The translations under genes and the position numbers were made by a program. Below the pieces are notes generated by a model that saw only the letters and a program-made list of their open reading frames with translations, made no database searches and was not told the DNA's origin. This document shows, piece by piece, positions 51,531 through 64,000 of a stretch of DNA of 64,000 nucleotides (positions within the stretch are counted from its first letter, which is position 1; each line of letters begins with the position of its first letter). Source of the stretch: Lama guanicoe (lineage: Eukaryota). The stretch is taken from NCBI GenBank assembly GCA_013239625.1, contig MU054187.1, positions 3,421,757 through 3,485,756 of the forward strand, written 5' to 3'.

Positions 51531-52324
51531 GTGAGTTTTAGGCGCCAGTCGGGGGCTGAGCGCGGGACCGGGCGGGCCGGGCAGGGGCACGACTGTGCCT
51601 CCCGCCGGAGTCCGGGGCGGGGGGCCCGGAGCCAGGAGCTGGGGGGCGGCAAGGGTGGCGGGAGCGGGCGGCGCGCGCGGCTGCCTGGCCGACCGGCGCC
51701 GGGCCGGGCGGTGAGGCCACCCAGCTGCCTTCGGCCCCGGGTGACCCGGCCCGGGGAAGCGAGGCCGCGGGGGCGGGCGGCTCCGCAGGTGTCTCCTCCG
51801 CCCGGCCGCGCAGGGGCGTGGCGCGGGCTGCGGGCGCGGGGGCGGGCGCCCCGCGGGTCCCTCCGGCGCCGCCCCGAGGGCCGGATGCCGATCCCGCTCG
51901 GGCCGCTCCCGGCGCGCGGCGGGGAAGCCCCTGTCCACGCGGAGCGGGCGCGCGGCGGGGATCCCGGGGGCGCTGCTCGCCGGCGCGGTCTGGCCTCCCC
52001 TCCGAACCGCGGCCCCCGAGGTGAGCGCGGCGGCTCGGCCCGGGCCCGGGGACAGCCGCCCGCCCAGGGGCTGCGGCGGGGCGGCGCGCACCCTCCCGCT
52101 GAGCCCGGCGCCTCCCGGCCTGCAGAGCAGTGGTCCCGAGCCTTCGGCGGCCCGGCCGAGAGGAAGCGAGAGTTATTTTAAGAATTCAGGGTTTGCCGTT
52201 CCTTCGCCTTGGGGGAAGGGAGTAAGCGTCAGTTCCCACTTGCCTGCGTTATCTTGACCGACTGTGGAGTCTTATGGGAGCAGAGCGTTTGACATACTCC
52301 TTTTAAGTGCGGGCGTGGTCGTGG

Positions 52325-52332
52325 TGTGTGGG

Positions 52333-52365
<33 letters not shown>

Positions 52366-52385
52366 TGTCTGTCTGTCTGCCTGCC
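52325..52385. repeat. (TG)n-(TCTG)n microsatellite in LYN intron 1
   Basis: Directly visible. Confidence 0.9.
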
Positions 52386-53841
52386 TCTGTCTCTCTTAAT
52401 TTCCCCCCAGTCCACCCAACTTCTTTGCCATCTCAGAAACTCGGGTTGAATCCAGGCTTCGCCAATCCCTAGCTAAGTGTGAACTTGGGCCTCTGAAACT
52501 CTGGGTTGCAGTTTCCTCATTTCTAAGCGAACGTATCTACCTTCTGAGATATGTGTTGCTTATAAAGCCCCAAGCACATACTGGGCATTCCATAAACGGT
52601 GCTGTTATTATTGCAAATAATTCTCTCCATGAAAACGAGGCTCCCTGCTTCTTTGCAATTTGATGGTTTTAAACCCAAGGCTGCATGTCTAATTTGGCCA
52701 CCTGACCTTACTAGTAAATCTGCATAATAAATATACCAGAGATTTGCTGTCCCAGAGCAGGACCCAGGAGTCTGACTCACCCGAAGTACCAGCCAATGAG
52801 GATGATTCTGATTTCTTGGCCGCCCTCTGTCCGTAGGGTTCAGGAGGGCAGGGTGTTCTCGCTCCAGCATCACCTAAGGCAGTGCAGGGGGAAGAGGCAC
52901 TGAAAGAAGACAGGAATTTACTGAGTAGTCAGAGTCCTTCCTGATAAGGTAAGCTCTGCTGGAAGAGTGGGATGCTGGTAGTTCCTGGCTCTGATTTGGA
53001 AGTAAGGAGGTCAGTATTTTGAGGCTTGAAGAAATTTATTTTGATCACAAGAGGCTTTTGGTGACTGGGCCTCTTTGGGTGCAGAGTTGGGTAATCCTCT
53101 TCCTGAGTTCCCTTCAGGGAAGAGGGCAGTGGATGTAAAGAAGGAGAAAAGAGGAGCCAGAAAATCTGAGTTTGGGGGTCCTCCACCATTTACCAGAGCT
53201 GTGATTTTGAATAAATTACTTGGGCCATTAATTCTACCAACATTTCCATCACAGCAGTAACTAGAGTTATATTATGATTTGTCCACACAACTATGGTCTG
53301 TATTCACCACTACAATGAATGGACGTGAAAAAGCGTTGTCTGGCTTGTCCAAAACTCGAGTCCTGGTGCTTGTCACATGGTCGAGATGGCTGGGAAGAAG
53401 GAAGCAAAGTGTGCCCTGAGCCTGGCCCTGGGCAAGGCCCAGGCACAGCACAGGGCTGGCCCCTAAGGCATCTGCAGCCCATGGGCCTCTCTATCTGGTT
53501 TCTGAAAAAGGAAGTTGGAGGGCCTGTCCTGACTGTCAGGTTATCCCTGCGCTCATGTTGTAAGTGAGCATCTCCACCCAGGACTGGTTACTGTGCTGTG
53601 CCACTGGGAGAGGAGTCTGCATCTGGAGTGGTGGGATGGGGCCTGCAAAGCCTTCATCAAAAAGACGTGCTTCATCTGAGATTCCCTGGTGTTGGGATGG
53701 TTGGTAGAGAACTTGTGATAGCTGTGTCCCACCCCCGACCATGGCATTCTCTTAGCAGAAAAGTGTCTCAGCAGTTTTGTGATTTCATGTCTTTCGAAGC
53801 CTTTTAGTCTCATTATATTTGTATTCAGAGATAAATCCCCA

Positions 53842-53974
53842 GGGGAGGGTACAGCTCAGTGGTAGAGAGTGTACTTAGCGTGCGGACGATCCTGGTACGA
53901 TCAATCCCCAGTACCTCCGTTAAATAAATAAGTAAAAATGAACCTAATTGCCTGCCCCCACCAAAAAAAAAAAA
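53842..53974 (+). mobile_element. Vic-1-like SINE
   Basis: GGGGAGGGTACAGCTCAGTGGTAGAG...TCAATCCCCAGTACCTCC...ACCTAATTG followed by poly(A). Confidence 0.85.
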
Positions 53975-56710
53975 TCACCGAAACATTGGAGATGCCAGTT
54001 GGTTCAAGTGAATGTATAGAGCTGTAATTTAACAAAATTAAACCCTATTTTCCATAAACAAGCCAAGATTAATTTTAAATCTATATAAATAGGAGTACAG
54101 TGTGTGTCTGTCCTTTGCATGGGACACTGTTGCAGCTCACTCACACTGCTGGTGGCAATGACCTCCACGTCCTCAGGCGTAGATAGTGTTGACCTTGAAA
54201 GGTCTTTGCAGCCTTTAGTTGGGACACTGAATGCAGAGATGGCCTGAGACCTTTCTTGGGCTCATCTGGCCAGGATGGTGCTGACATCTTTTGCTTATCC
54301 AGGACTCTGAAGCCTTCTGAACTCTGATTTCATTTGCTCCTCTCATGAACTTCCCAGGTAGGCAGGGACAGATGCCGAAAAAGAGGTTTGTGGCATGTCC
54401 AAGGTCGCATGAGTAGTGAAGTGGCACTGTTGGGCACAGTAGGTGTGTTTCCTGGCCCCAACTTTAGAGCTTCCCCAGTTGTCTACCTTTGGACCTGTGG
54501 CTGGTACTCAGTTACTTTAAAGTAAAGAAATGAATGTATCATTTAATACACCTTTTTAAGGCGGAGAATCACAGGTGGTTTTCTTCTGTCACTTGGAAGT
54601 TGCCTGAGCTTAGTGGCTGACGAGAGCTAAGTGAACCGTGGAGCAGGGGCACGGGGGCGGGACTGGGCAGCTGAGTTTCTATGCCTTCAGCTCTGCTTCC
54701 TGCTCGGGGAGGGGAGCTCTGAGGACTGCCAAGGTGACACCTTCCTGGCTGCTGTCTGAGCAGCTCCAGCGACTGGTGTTCATTGGTTGGGACAGATGTG
54801 CCCCACTAATACTTTACAAAGGGATGCCCTCCAGCCTCTGCTAGAAGTGTGTCTTGATCAGTCCTCCCAGCCTCCTTGTGTGGTTGTTGAAACAGTGAGA
54901 GGTGTCATTCGAGGCGAAAATATAAAATAAGGAGACGTGGAAACGCGTGGCCCATTCCCTGCCGCGCGCAGCGCGGTCATCCGGAGCCCAGCCTACGCTA
55001 CGCAGACGTGGCCTGCCGGGTTTTAAGATTGGTAATGGGGAGGACAGGGAAGAGGAAGTTGATCAGAAATACTGAAAGATTTCTTACAGCTGCCCAGTTT
55101 CCTGATACTTAAGTTGTGAAACTCTGAGTTCATTCTCTCATCATTTCTAACATTGATTTTGAGTAAGTTCCCATTGAGGGAGAAGCCCAAGTGTAGAAAA
55201 TAGTATGGAAATCTGCCAATTGAGGGATTCGAATTTTGGGGAAAGACTTGTTTATAAAGACTTGGGCCTTCTTTTAGGTGTCTTTGGCTCAGGTTGGCTG
55301 GAAGGGGTCTCTTGTAATTTGGAATAGCAAGTTGAGGGCTTACTTGAGGTGGTGTGTTTGAAAGGCTCGTCCCTGTGGGCAAGTTGCAGGGGCCTCCTCC
55401 GGCCTTCGTCCTTTATTCTTGGGCTTCTTCCTCACTCTTGCTCTGAGCTCAGTGCAAAGCTACTTCTTGAAAGTTATCCAGACACCCAGGACAGAAGAGT
55501 TCGTTTGTGTCGAACTCTTCCAAAGTGCTGGCTATCTAACTGTGCTTTGTTACCATCACGTATTTGAATCTGTCTTCCCCTCCATCCCAGAGCCTTCAGG
55601 CCACAAGCGGGTGTGATCGGAGCCAACCCTCGTTGGTTAGTCTCACTGTAACTGTGTTCGTTCTTCCCGATGCTAAGACGCACACATGAGGTTCTGTCAA
55701 GTTACACGGGTGGGGCTACCTTCCCAGAGTCCGTTTAAGCGTGTGTTTCTCAGAGCTCTGCTCTTGATGGCTCGTAGAGCACAGGGAAGATGTCCTCATT
55801 CGTGGTGCTCGGGGGGCCTCTAAGTGTGTCTTATTACCTTTTTCACAGTTCATACTTGAGGCAAAGTCAACTACTGCTGGGCCAGCCCACACGCCCCGCT
55901 TTCTGTGGGCCTCTGCCATCACCCTCTTGACGGACCCCGCTTCACACTGGTGGTTGGCTCCTTGTCCGTCCTGCCCAGTTCCCCGTCCTCTGTCCGTTGG
56001 TCCAGCCTCTGGTGACAGCACGGGAGGAGCTGGAGAGCTGGGTCTGGATTCTCGCTGCCTCCGGCCGCAGCTGGGAGGTCTGCTGGGCATCTGGCCTCCT
56101 GGGTGCCTTCTGGTACACGTTAACCCCCGCGGGGGCGAGGCCGGTGCAGAGGCTTGCCGCAGGAGCCCGTCTGGAGAGTGAGGCCCACTTCTGCTTTCCG
56201 CGGGGAAGCGGGGTCGCGGAGCGCGGAGGCCGGAGAGAGGAGGAGGCTGGCGAGGAAGTGATACTTCCTCCTGCTTCGAAGGCCCCAGGCTCGTCATTTG
56301 CCTGCAGCTCCACCTTCCTCACCGCCCAGCCCTGCTTTTTCCTCCGGGTTCTTTCTACCACCTTCAGCTCTGTTCTGTTTTCAGTTTGTCCTTGGGGTAG
56401 GGGGGAGGGGAAAGGCCGAATCTAGTGATCAGGGTGGAGTGTTTTCTCGTGGAGCTCAGGGCAGCCAAGCTGGATGTTTAAGCCACAGGAAGATGGATGT
56501 TTTGAAATTCTCCATCATGGAAACCGTTGCAAAACTCGGAGCAGGTGTTTTGCAATCTTTTCATATGCAGGCATCATAATAATTTCTTAATCCTGACTTC
56601 AGTGCTTCAGGGCTATTTAAAAAAATCACTTAGGCTGAAGCATCTTGTTAAATTTTGGGGACAGAGGATAGAGCAGAGACTTTCAAACTTCTTTGACCAG
56701 GATCCATGTC

Positions 56711-56711
<1 letters not shown>

Positions 56712-56746
<35 letters not shown>
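56712..56746. repeat. Poly(A) tract of about 35 nt
   Basis: Directly visible. Confidence 0.9.
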
Positions 56747-56747
<1 letters not shown>

Positions 56748-57129
56748 AAAGAGAAGAAGAAAGAAAGAAACGAAATTTGGTGCAAGAGCCTTTCCACCCA
56801 ACTTGCTGGGGAGCATGACCCCACGCTGTCCCCTGAGGCCGGCTCGCTGAGAGCTGGCAGAGTTTAAAATGCACAGGGGTGGGCCCAGCAGTTTCACAAG
56901 CTCCAGTCCAGTAGGGAGGTTTAGTAAAACAAACACAAATTAAGATACATCCATACAGTGCATGGTATACCTTGTAAATATCTTTAAAAAGAGAATTAAA
57001 TTACACTTACTGATATGCAAGGTGTTTTAAAGAGCTGAACACAAGCTGAAAAGTAGTACGTCACCATATCTGGAATAAAATACTAGTATGTGACACATAG
57101 TTATGCATATGAATACTTCTTTATAGTGA

Positions 57130-57490
57130 AGGGTTTTTCTGTTGTAGTGTAGTCGATTTACAATGTTGTGTTAGTTTCTGGGGTACAGCATGGTACTTCA
57201 GGTATACATGCATATAGTCTTTTTCATATTCTTTTTCATTATAGGTTATTATAAGCTATCGAATATAGTTCCCTGTGCTGTACAGTAAGAGCTTGTTGTT
57301 TATCTATTGTATAGACAGTAGTTTGTAACTGCTCGTCCCAAACTTCTAATTTATCCCTCCCCTTTTGGTAACCCGAAGGATTTTTTTCTGTCTGAGAGTC
57401 TGTTTCTGTTTTGTAAATGAGATCATTTGTAAAATTTTTTTAGATTCCACGTATAATTGATATTATGTGATATTTGTTTTTCTCTATCTT
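57130..57490 (-). mobile_element. Artiodactyl/camelid L1 3' end
   Basis: gtagtcgatttacaatgttgtgttagtttctggggtacagc...tttttagattccac. Confidence 0.85.
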
Positions 57491-58865
57491 CATTTCTTAA
57501 GTTATTAATACTCATTATTTATGGGTGCTGGGTGAGTGCGGAATTCTTTCTTCCTTCAGTGCATTTATATTTTGTTAAAAAGGGCGTGGCTTACATGGTT
57601 TTAGAACAGCAGTGTCATGGCCAATGACATGTAATAAACCAGTGTGGCTGCAGGGGAGGGTAGAGCCATCAGGAAACTTTGGGGCAAAAGTGGCCTTTTG
57701 ACAGTTGAGTAGTTATAACTGTAGGCAGACCTGCCCCTGGAGGAACTCATGAGCGGCAAATGTTGTAAGCAGAGATAGTATTTTCTCAAAGAAGTGTCCA
57801 CTTCTCATACTGAGCTTTAGCAGTGAGCTTCCTGAGAGCCTTCTGGGACTCAGACACAGCCTCACAAGGAAACTCCGGGGGTAGGGGGGCGATGGAGCCC
57901 TGGGGGCAGCAGACCCACCTGCCCGCCCATCGCTGGCCGCACAGGCCTGCAGGCCCCTGGTCCCGAGGACTCAGGTGTTGGATTTCTCTGTGTAAACGAA
58001 GGTCCATCATTGGAACCTTTTAAGGGGAAGCCATTTTTTCCCATCACAATCAACTTCTTGCCTGGACCTTTTTGTAATAAGGTATTTATGACGTAGCCCC
58101 AAAATGGGGAGACCGTGAGACACTTACTCATTTACTGCTCTGATTGGGTGGGCGGCGAACCCGGGGAGGAACAGGGGCTTCCACAGTGACTGACGAGGGG
58201 CCAGGAAGTAACGTGGACGGCTGCTTTGCATGACGTCAGACCGCAGCCTTCTCCTCGCTGGCGAGCAGGTACTTGGTAACCACCCTGCATGTGACTTCCT
58301 TGCGCAGATGCTTATCTGAGTCTCCTTGAGGAGACACCGCTGCTGAAGATCGAGCAGCTGGGAGCGGAGGTCTCAGTCCCGGGGCTTGTCAGAGTTCTCC
58401 GCTGGGTTTAGCTGGAGCCTGCGTCGTCCTGCAGCAGCTTGGTGTTGGCAGTGTTCTCATCACGTGCAAACTGGTGTATTCAGAGCAGCATCAGGATGCC
58501 TCACTTCTTTGGATAAATATTTTTGAAGCTGGCATTTCTGTTTTCTTTTGGGTTTTTTTAATGTAAGATTTTTTTTCTTTTTTGCAGGGAGGGGTTTAGT
58601 TTTACCTGGATAATAATCTTCTGTCTTTGAGTTAGTTTAGGTTTTAGACTTCTGTTTTGTTTTGTAAGAGTTTCTTTTTCTTTTAATGCAATACATTTTA
58701 AATGGAAAAAAGTAAAAGCACCCCCACAACTAGGAATGGGGAGAGCTGGACGAAGTGGCATCCTTTGGCGATTACGTGAGTAACGCGCCTGCAGAACCGG
58801 ACGTGGCAGGTTGAAGATCTGCTGTGTCCAGTGCCCATAGGGATTATCCGTTTTAAACTTGAGGG

Positions 58866-59095
58866 GAGGCAGTGTGACATGGTGGAAAGAAAACAGGCCT
58901 CTAAGTTAGACAGATCTCAGCTCCAGTGTCAGTTCCAGCACTTGTGACTTTAGGCAGATGACTCTTTCTCACCATTTCTTCGTTTACGTGATGCTGACGG
59001 CACCGTACCCGCTTCTCAGGTGCAGGGTGGTGATGAGCGGAGCTAACTTGTAGTCTCTTACATTGTTTCTGGTACACGGTAGGCACAGAATCAAA
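58866..59095 (+). mobile_element. MIR fragment
   Basis: ggcagtgtgacatggtggaaaga...tgtgactttaggcagatgact...ctggtacacggtaggcac. Confidence 0.5.
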
Positions 59096-59604
59096 GCGAG
59101 GTGCTTCTGTCTTGGAGGAGAGGGACCCTGATTGTTCCTTCCATCGGCGGACATCCCGAGTATGTTCTTCTGTGCTGTCTCAGAGCCTGGTAGGGGGGCC
59201 GGCCATAACCCATCCTTCCCAGGACAGCGTTTGCCATGGGCTGGAGGCAACGGGTGTTGGTCAGCTGAACTTCTGATCTGCCTGTGAGGTACCAGGAATT
59301 GCTTGCCAGAGGCCACGGGGTGAACAGGATGGTCTCTGCATTCAAAGACGCCCTCTGTGGTGGGACATGGGGACATAAACGTGGTTTTCAGAGTCTGACC
59401 ACGGCTGTCCTAGACGTGTGTACAGAGTGCTCTGCAAACAGGAGGGCAGGGCTCTTGGTGGCAGTGAGGGCACAATGCTTGGGTCTGGTCGGGGGAGAGG
59501 AATTCACCAGCTTAGAGGGAGGGGTCCTGAAACAACAAGAGGCTTTGTCATCCGGGGAGTGGCAGACAAGACAGTAATGGATGTGGTCCCTGCTTCAGAA
59601 GAAC

Positions 59605-59747
59605 TTCCTCCCTTCCTTCCTTCCCTCCTTCCTTCCCTCCTTCCTTGCTTTCTCTTTTTTTAAACGGAGGTACTAGGGATTGAACCCAGGACCTCATGCA
59701 TGCTAAGCATGCACTCAACCTCAACCTCTGAGCTGTACCCTCTCCCC
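59605..59747 (-). mobile_element. Vic-1-like SINE with a (CCTT)n tail
   Basis: ggaggtactagggattgaacccaggacctcatgcatgctaagc...ctgagctgtaccctctcccc, preceded by (CCTT)n. Confidence 0.85.
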
Positions 59748-61529
59748 ATCCAAATAAATGTCTACTACAGAGCTTATGGTCATCAGTATAATCCAACACA
59801 CACCGTAAGAGTTGGTTTCTGTCTGTCTGGACCACATTGGCTTCTCCAGTTATTTTCAATTTAATGGATGCCAAACGTATATAAAAAAAGAAAATTCCGC
59901 AAGTTAAATTTCATAACTGCCTGTGTCTCTTTTACTTTATGGTTTTCTTCTATTTAAAAAGTTTTAAATAAATTAAGATCGCTACTAAAGGAGGGTTTAA
60001 GTGTCATTTTCCATACATTCCTTCACTGGAGGATAACCTTTCAAGATTTCAGTAGAAGAAAATTTCTGAAACTTTTGGTGAATGGTTACGTGGTTGCTGC
60101 AGTCATGTCTTCAACTAAGGCAACTGTCCAGCTGGATTAACAGAGGCCTTGTCCCCTCTGGTGTCACGTGTCAGCCACCAGGCTCATGGATAGTGTCACC
60201 TGCCTACCTTGGTGTCCGGCCTGAGAACCACAGAATCTGAGAGAAGGAGGGGATTTGGGTGGTATGTCCCCAACACACAGGCCCTGGCAGGGAGTCACTG
60301 TCCCTTGAACAGGGAGTCTCAAAAGTTAGGGTCTGTCCCAGTGATTCTCACACAGGTAAAGGGGGTCACGTTGTGAGAAGCAGGGTGACAGGGATATTCC
60401 TGTTGCTCAAAGTGGCCCATCTCATTTCTGTTCAGTTGTGGATGTTAGAGAGCCTTTTCTCTCTGTCTTTTACTTCCGTAGCTTCTGCTTGCTGGTTCTG
60501 GTGCGTTGCTGTTCTCACGCAGCTCAAGCCGGCGGCCACTGTTGGACTGACTGAACATCCGTTCACTGTGGCTTTAAGCGCAGGACGTGTAGGGACGTTA
60601 CTGATAACCTGTCCACCAGTGCTTCTACTCCGCCTCTCCTCCTACCAGAAACCGCATTTTGTAAGATCCGTCTTCTCCACTGACGTTTCTGCACAAATCT
60701 TCCACGTCCCCATCTACAGGGTGGCCCTGACTGGTCAAAGGCACCTATTCTTGCTAATGAGTGATGCATAAATGAGTCTACTTTGGGCTGGACAGTGATC
60801 AGTGAAAAAAGTAAAGCTCCTAGATGGTCTAAGATACAAGTCGAAAAGGAGTGGGGTGCGGGAGAGAAGGAAAGTGAGACGTGGATCAAGGAGGAAGAAA
60901 TACGGAGCCTTATGTGAAAGGCAAGAAATTGGAAGGAAAACACTGTAAATTATCTTGATTACTAACTTGTAATCTAGATGGCGTGTGGTTGTCTTCTAGT
61001 CACCCTGACTGGTGTGGCATTCACGCTGATAATTGGGCTTCTGTAATCACAATTTATTTTCTTGAATGTATATTTATTGAGTATTGTGTGTTCGGCATTG
61101 TCGTGGGGTCCTGGCGGAAGCATAGGCCTTAATAAGTGTGCGGTTCCTGTCCTAAAGGGTTTATTGCGCTCCATTCTCTCTGGGCTGTTCACACACCAGA
61201 GGCTGACACATTAATCTGCTGTGGTCTTGGGTGGGCCAGTAGCATTGCTCAGGGAATCTCTGGACATCTGAATCAGCGCACAGAAACCAGTCATTCTGGT
61301 GAGAAGGAAGGCAGTGTGGGAGGTGGTTGGAGCACAGGATATGGAGTTAACCACACTTGGGCTCAGCTTCCAGGCCTGACCCTTTCTAGGCACACGGTGC
61401 TGGCTTTGCTGGATCAGAGTCCTGGTATTTAAACCTCAGAGGCTGGTTGTGAGGATTCCAGGATGTAATGGATTCCGAGCCAGCCACAGACGCACAAAGC
61501 CAATGGTAGTCACTGTTAGTACCTATAGA

Positions 61530-62300
61530 AACTTGCTTAGGATAGCTGCTAGCCAAAAACCAAACACCACCACCAACAAAAACTGCAAAATAACAAATGT
61601 TGGTGAGGATGTGGAGAAACTGGAACCCTTCTGCACTGCTGGTGGGATTATAAAATGGTGCCGACACTGCAGAAAACAGTGTGGCAGTTCCTCCCAAAAT
61701 TGACCCTAGAATTACCATGTGATTCAGCAGGTCCTTTTCTGGAGATATAACCCCCAAAACTGAAAGTGGGGCCTCAAAAGAGATAGTTGTACACCCATGT
61801 TCATAGCAGCCTTATTCACAGGAGCTCAAGAGTGGAAGCAACTCAAGTGTCCATCAACAAATGAATGGAAAAACAAAATGGTGGTCTATACACACTATGG
61901 AATATTATTCAGCCTTAAAAAGGAAGGGAATTCTGGCACGGGCTACAACATGGATGAATCTTGAGAACAGACTGTTAAGAGAAATAAGTATTTGTCCACA
62001 GAAGGACAGAAGGACAAATACTGTATGTTTCCACTTATATGAGGTACTTAGAGAAGTCAAACTCATAGAGACAGAAAGTAGAATGGTGGCTGCCAGGGGC
62101 TGGGGGAGGGGGGTGGTAGGTATTGTTTAAGGGTCTGGAGTTTCAGTTTTGCAAGATGAAGAGCTCGGGAAATGAAATGGAGGTGATAGCTGTACAAGAA
62201 TATAGATGTACTTAATGCCACTGAACACTACACTTAAAATTGTTATGGTGTAAATTTTTGTATGTGTATTTTATTACAATTAAAAATTATTTTTAAAAAG
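61530..62300 (+). mobile_element. L1MB-like 3' portion
   Basis: aacaaatgttggtgaggatgtggagaaactggaaccc...catggatgaatcttgag...gtacttaatgccactgaac...attttattacaattaaaa. Confidence 0.88.
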
Positions 62301-64000
62301 CAGAAATGTGTACAAATAAATGGGGGGGGAGTCAAGAGGATATTTCCTTGAGTTTGGTGAATTGCCCTTATTCTGACTGGGGATCTGCCCACCTAGCTGA
62401 CTGGTGTTTAGTTGTTTGCAGGGGGTGGGGGTTGAGGGGACAGAGTGTCTAACTCTGTGTTAATCCAGGGCCATGTGGATTGATGGCCAATAGGGTATTG
62501 AAATGGCTGTGCTGTGAGTTTGGTAATGGAGAATTTTTATGAAGGCAGAGACTGTGGATTGGAGATGAAGGAGGAGCTTCTAACAATCAAAGCTGGCTGC
62601 TGCCCACCGGCTGGGGTGTGAAGCCCTTCTCCTGTAGAAGTTAAAAGCTTATAAGCGCAGGGTAAGGGAATCTCTTGCAGGACCTTTTAGAAAAAGTGGA
62701 CCAGATGGCTCTAAGAGGCGCTTTCTGATTCGATAATTCTCTTGTTTCTGGCCACTTACCCAGCGATCCAGATTACATGATAGGAAAGAATATTTGTTTG
62801 AAGGAGAGTTTTTTTTTTACGCTTTCCCAGTGCAGGGATGGTTTTTTCTTTTAAGTGTAACGTGCATATCACAAAATATGAAAAAACAGACAAACCTAGC
62901 TCAAAGCAGACCCTCTTATGACCTCCCCTGGATCAAAAAGCAGAACGGTGCTCACACCCAGCGCCTCCGGGTGCACACCTCCCCCTCCCCCAGTACTGGC
63001 TCTCAAAGGCGTCTACCATCCTGCTCCGAGTTTTTGTTTAGTTTCCAATGTCAGCTTTTTCACAATAAAGTATAAGCACCTGAAAAGCAGTGCAAAGCCA
63101 TTTGGTTTGGCAGATAAACAGATTTTCAAGCTGTGGGTTTGGCTGGTACCCGCATCTCTGTGTTGAATTGCTGCAGTTCATAGGGAGGGAGGGTGAGTCC
63201 TTGCCCAGGTTGGGTTCAGTTGCTAAAATTCTCACACTGTGAATTTGATCAGAGCCTCATTTAAATACCTGTTTATCCAACCATTAGTTAGTAAAATTAG
63301 ATGGCACTGGCCATTTATAGCTTGTTTTTCTACCCATCTCTGCATAGCTGAGTACATGTATAAATGCAAATTTATCAAAGTGGGTGTGATAAGGGTGGTT
63401 TCCAGTGACCCGCCGGTAAGCAAACACCCTGCTGGGTGACAGCCAGTGTGCGTGCAGCCATCTGAACGTCCTCGCTGGCTCTGTGAATTCAGGTCGGTTA
63501 GTCTTCACGCAAGGGGACTCATTTTTCTGGTGCGGAGGAACACGGCCCCCTGTGGCCCCGCTGTGGCCCCGCTTGTTCCGCTTCTTGCAGTGCTGACCGT
63601 TGCTTTTGTTGGGGGTGAGAGAGCGCCGGGCTCGGCCCGCGGGGCGCCTGGACCCTCCGGCGGGGCTTCAGCTGTTCGTCGTTCAGGAAACGTCTCTTGG
63701 CCTCGCGCGGCCGTGGAGGTGCCCGCGCGTGGCTGGCCGTCCCGGCCGCAGCTCGCGGTAGCAGCACCGTCCCCTCCGGGCTGAGGAAGTTAGAACACTT
63801 CTTCAAGGAGGATGAAGAGGGTTCTTTCTGTTTCACATGAAACACGAGGAAGGCCGCAGAGCACGGAGGGGCCCGTTGTGGTTCAGAGGTCAAGGCTGGG
63901 AGTGACCCGCACCCCAGAGGGGTCGCTGAGCCCGCGATGTGACTGCCCGCAGCCCCGGCCCCGGCCCCGGCCCCAGGTTCACCTTCCTCTGGCCACAGTG

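Larger units (their letters stand above)
50900..52200. promoter_or_regulatory. LYN: CpG island over the LYN promoter, exon 1 and start of intron 1
   Basis: Very high GC and CpG density, with multiple GGGCGG (Sp/KLF) boxes. Confidence 0.9.

Noticed and set aside
50797..52181. Long overlapping ORFs (225-425 aa) on both strands
   Set aside because: They lie in the LYN CpG island, where stop codons are scarce. The translations are Arg/Pro/Gly/Ala low-complexity, have no recognisable domain and cross the exon-1 donor.

Overview
Mammalian (eutherian) genomic DNA, most likely from a camelid (alpaca, vicuna or camel): it carries nine copies of a tRNA-derived SINE resembling camelid Vic-1, plus artiodactyl-type L1 3' ends. 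Positions 1-~16.9 kb hold the last six coding exons of TGS1 (trimethylguanosine synthase 1; the first is cut by the window start) on the + strand, encoding the SAM-dependent cap methyltransferase domain. One TGS1 intron (6299-7153) is a rare U12-type AT-AC minor-spliceosome intron. Positions ~17-51 kb are a repeat-rich intergenic interval (L1, MLT1/MLT2 LTRs, MER/MADE DNA elements, SINEs, microsatellites) with a few candidate regulatory modules and exon-like segments. Positions ~50.9-52.2 kb are a CpG island holding the promoter and non-coding exon 1 of LYN (+ strand), followed by LYN intron 1 to the window end; this matches the conserved TGS1-LYN gene order. No prokaryotic features (CRISPR, operons) are present, and I cannot support a new multi-gene system. 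Most six-frame ORFs are artefacts. The most interesting items are the AT-AC intron in the enzyme that caps minor-spliceosome snRNAs (possible feedback loop), a candidate unannotated spliced unit between the two genes, and several enhancer-like motif clusters. Repeat names, family names and human comparisons come from memory of consensus sequences, not from database searches; repeat boundaries are approximate.
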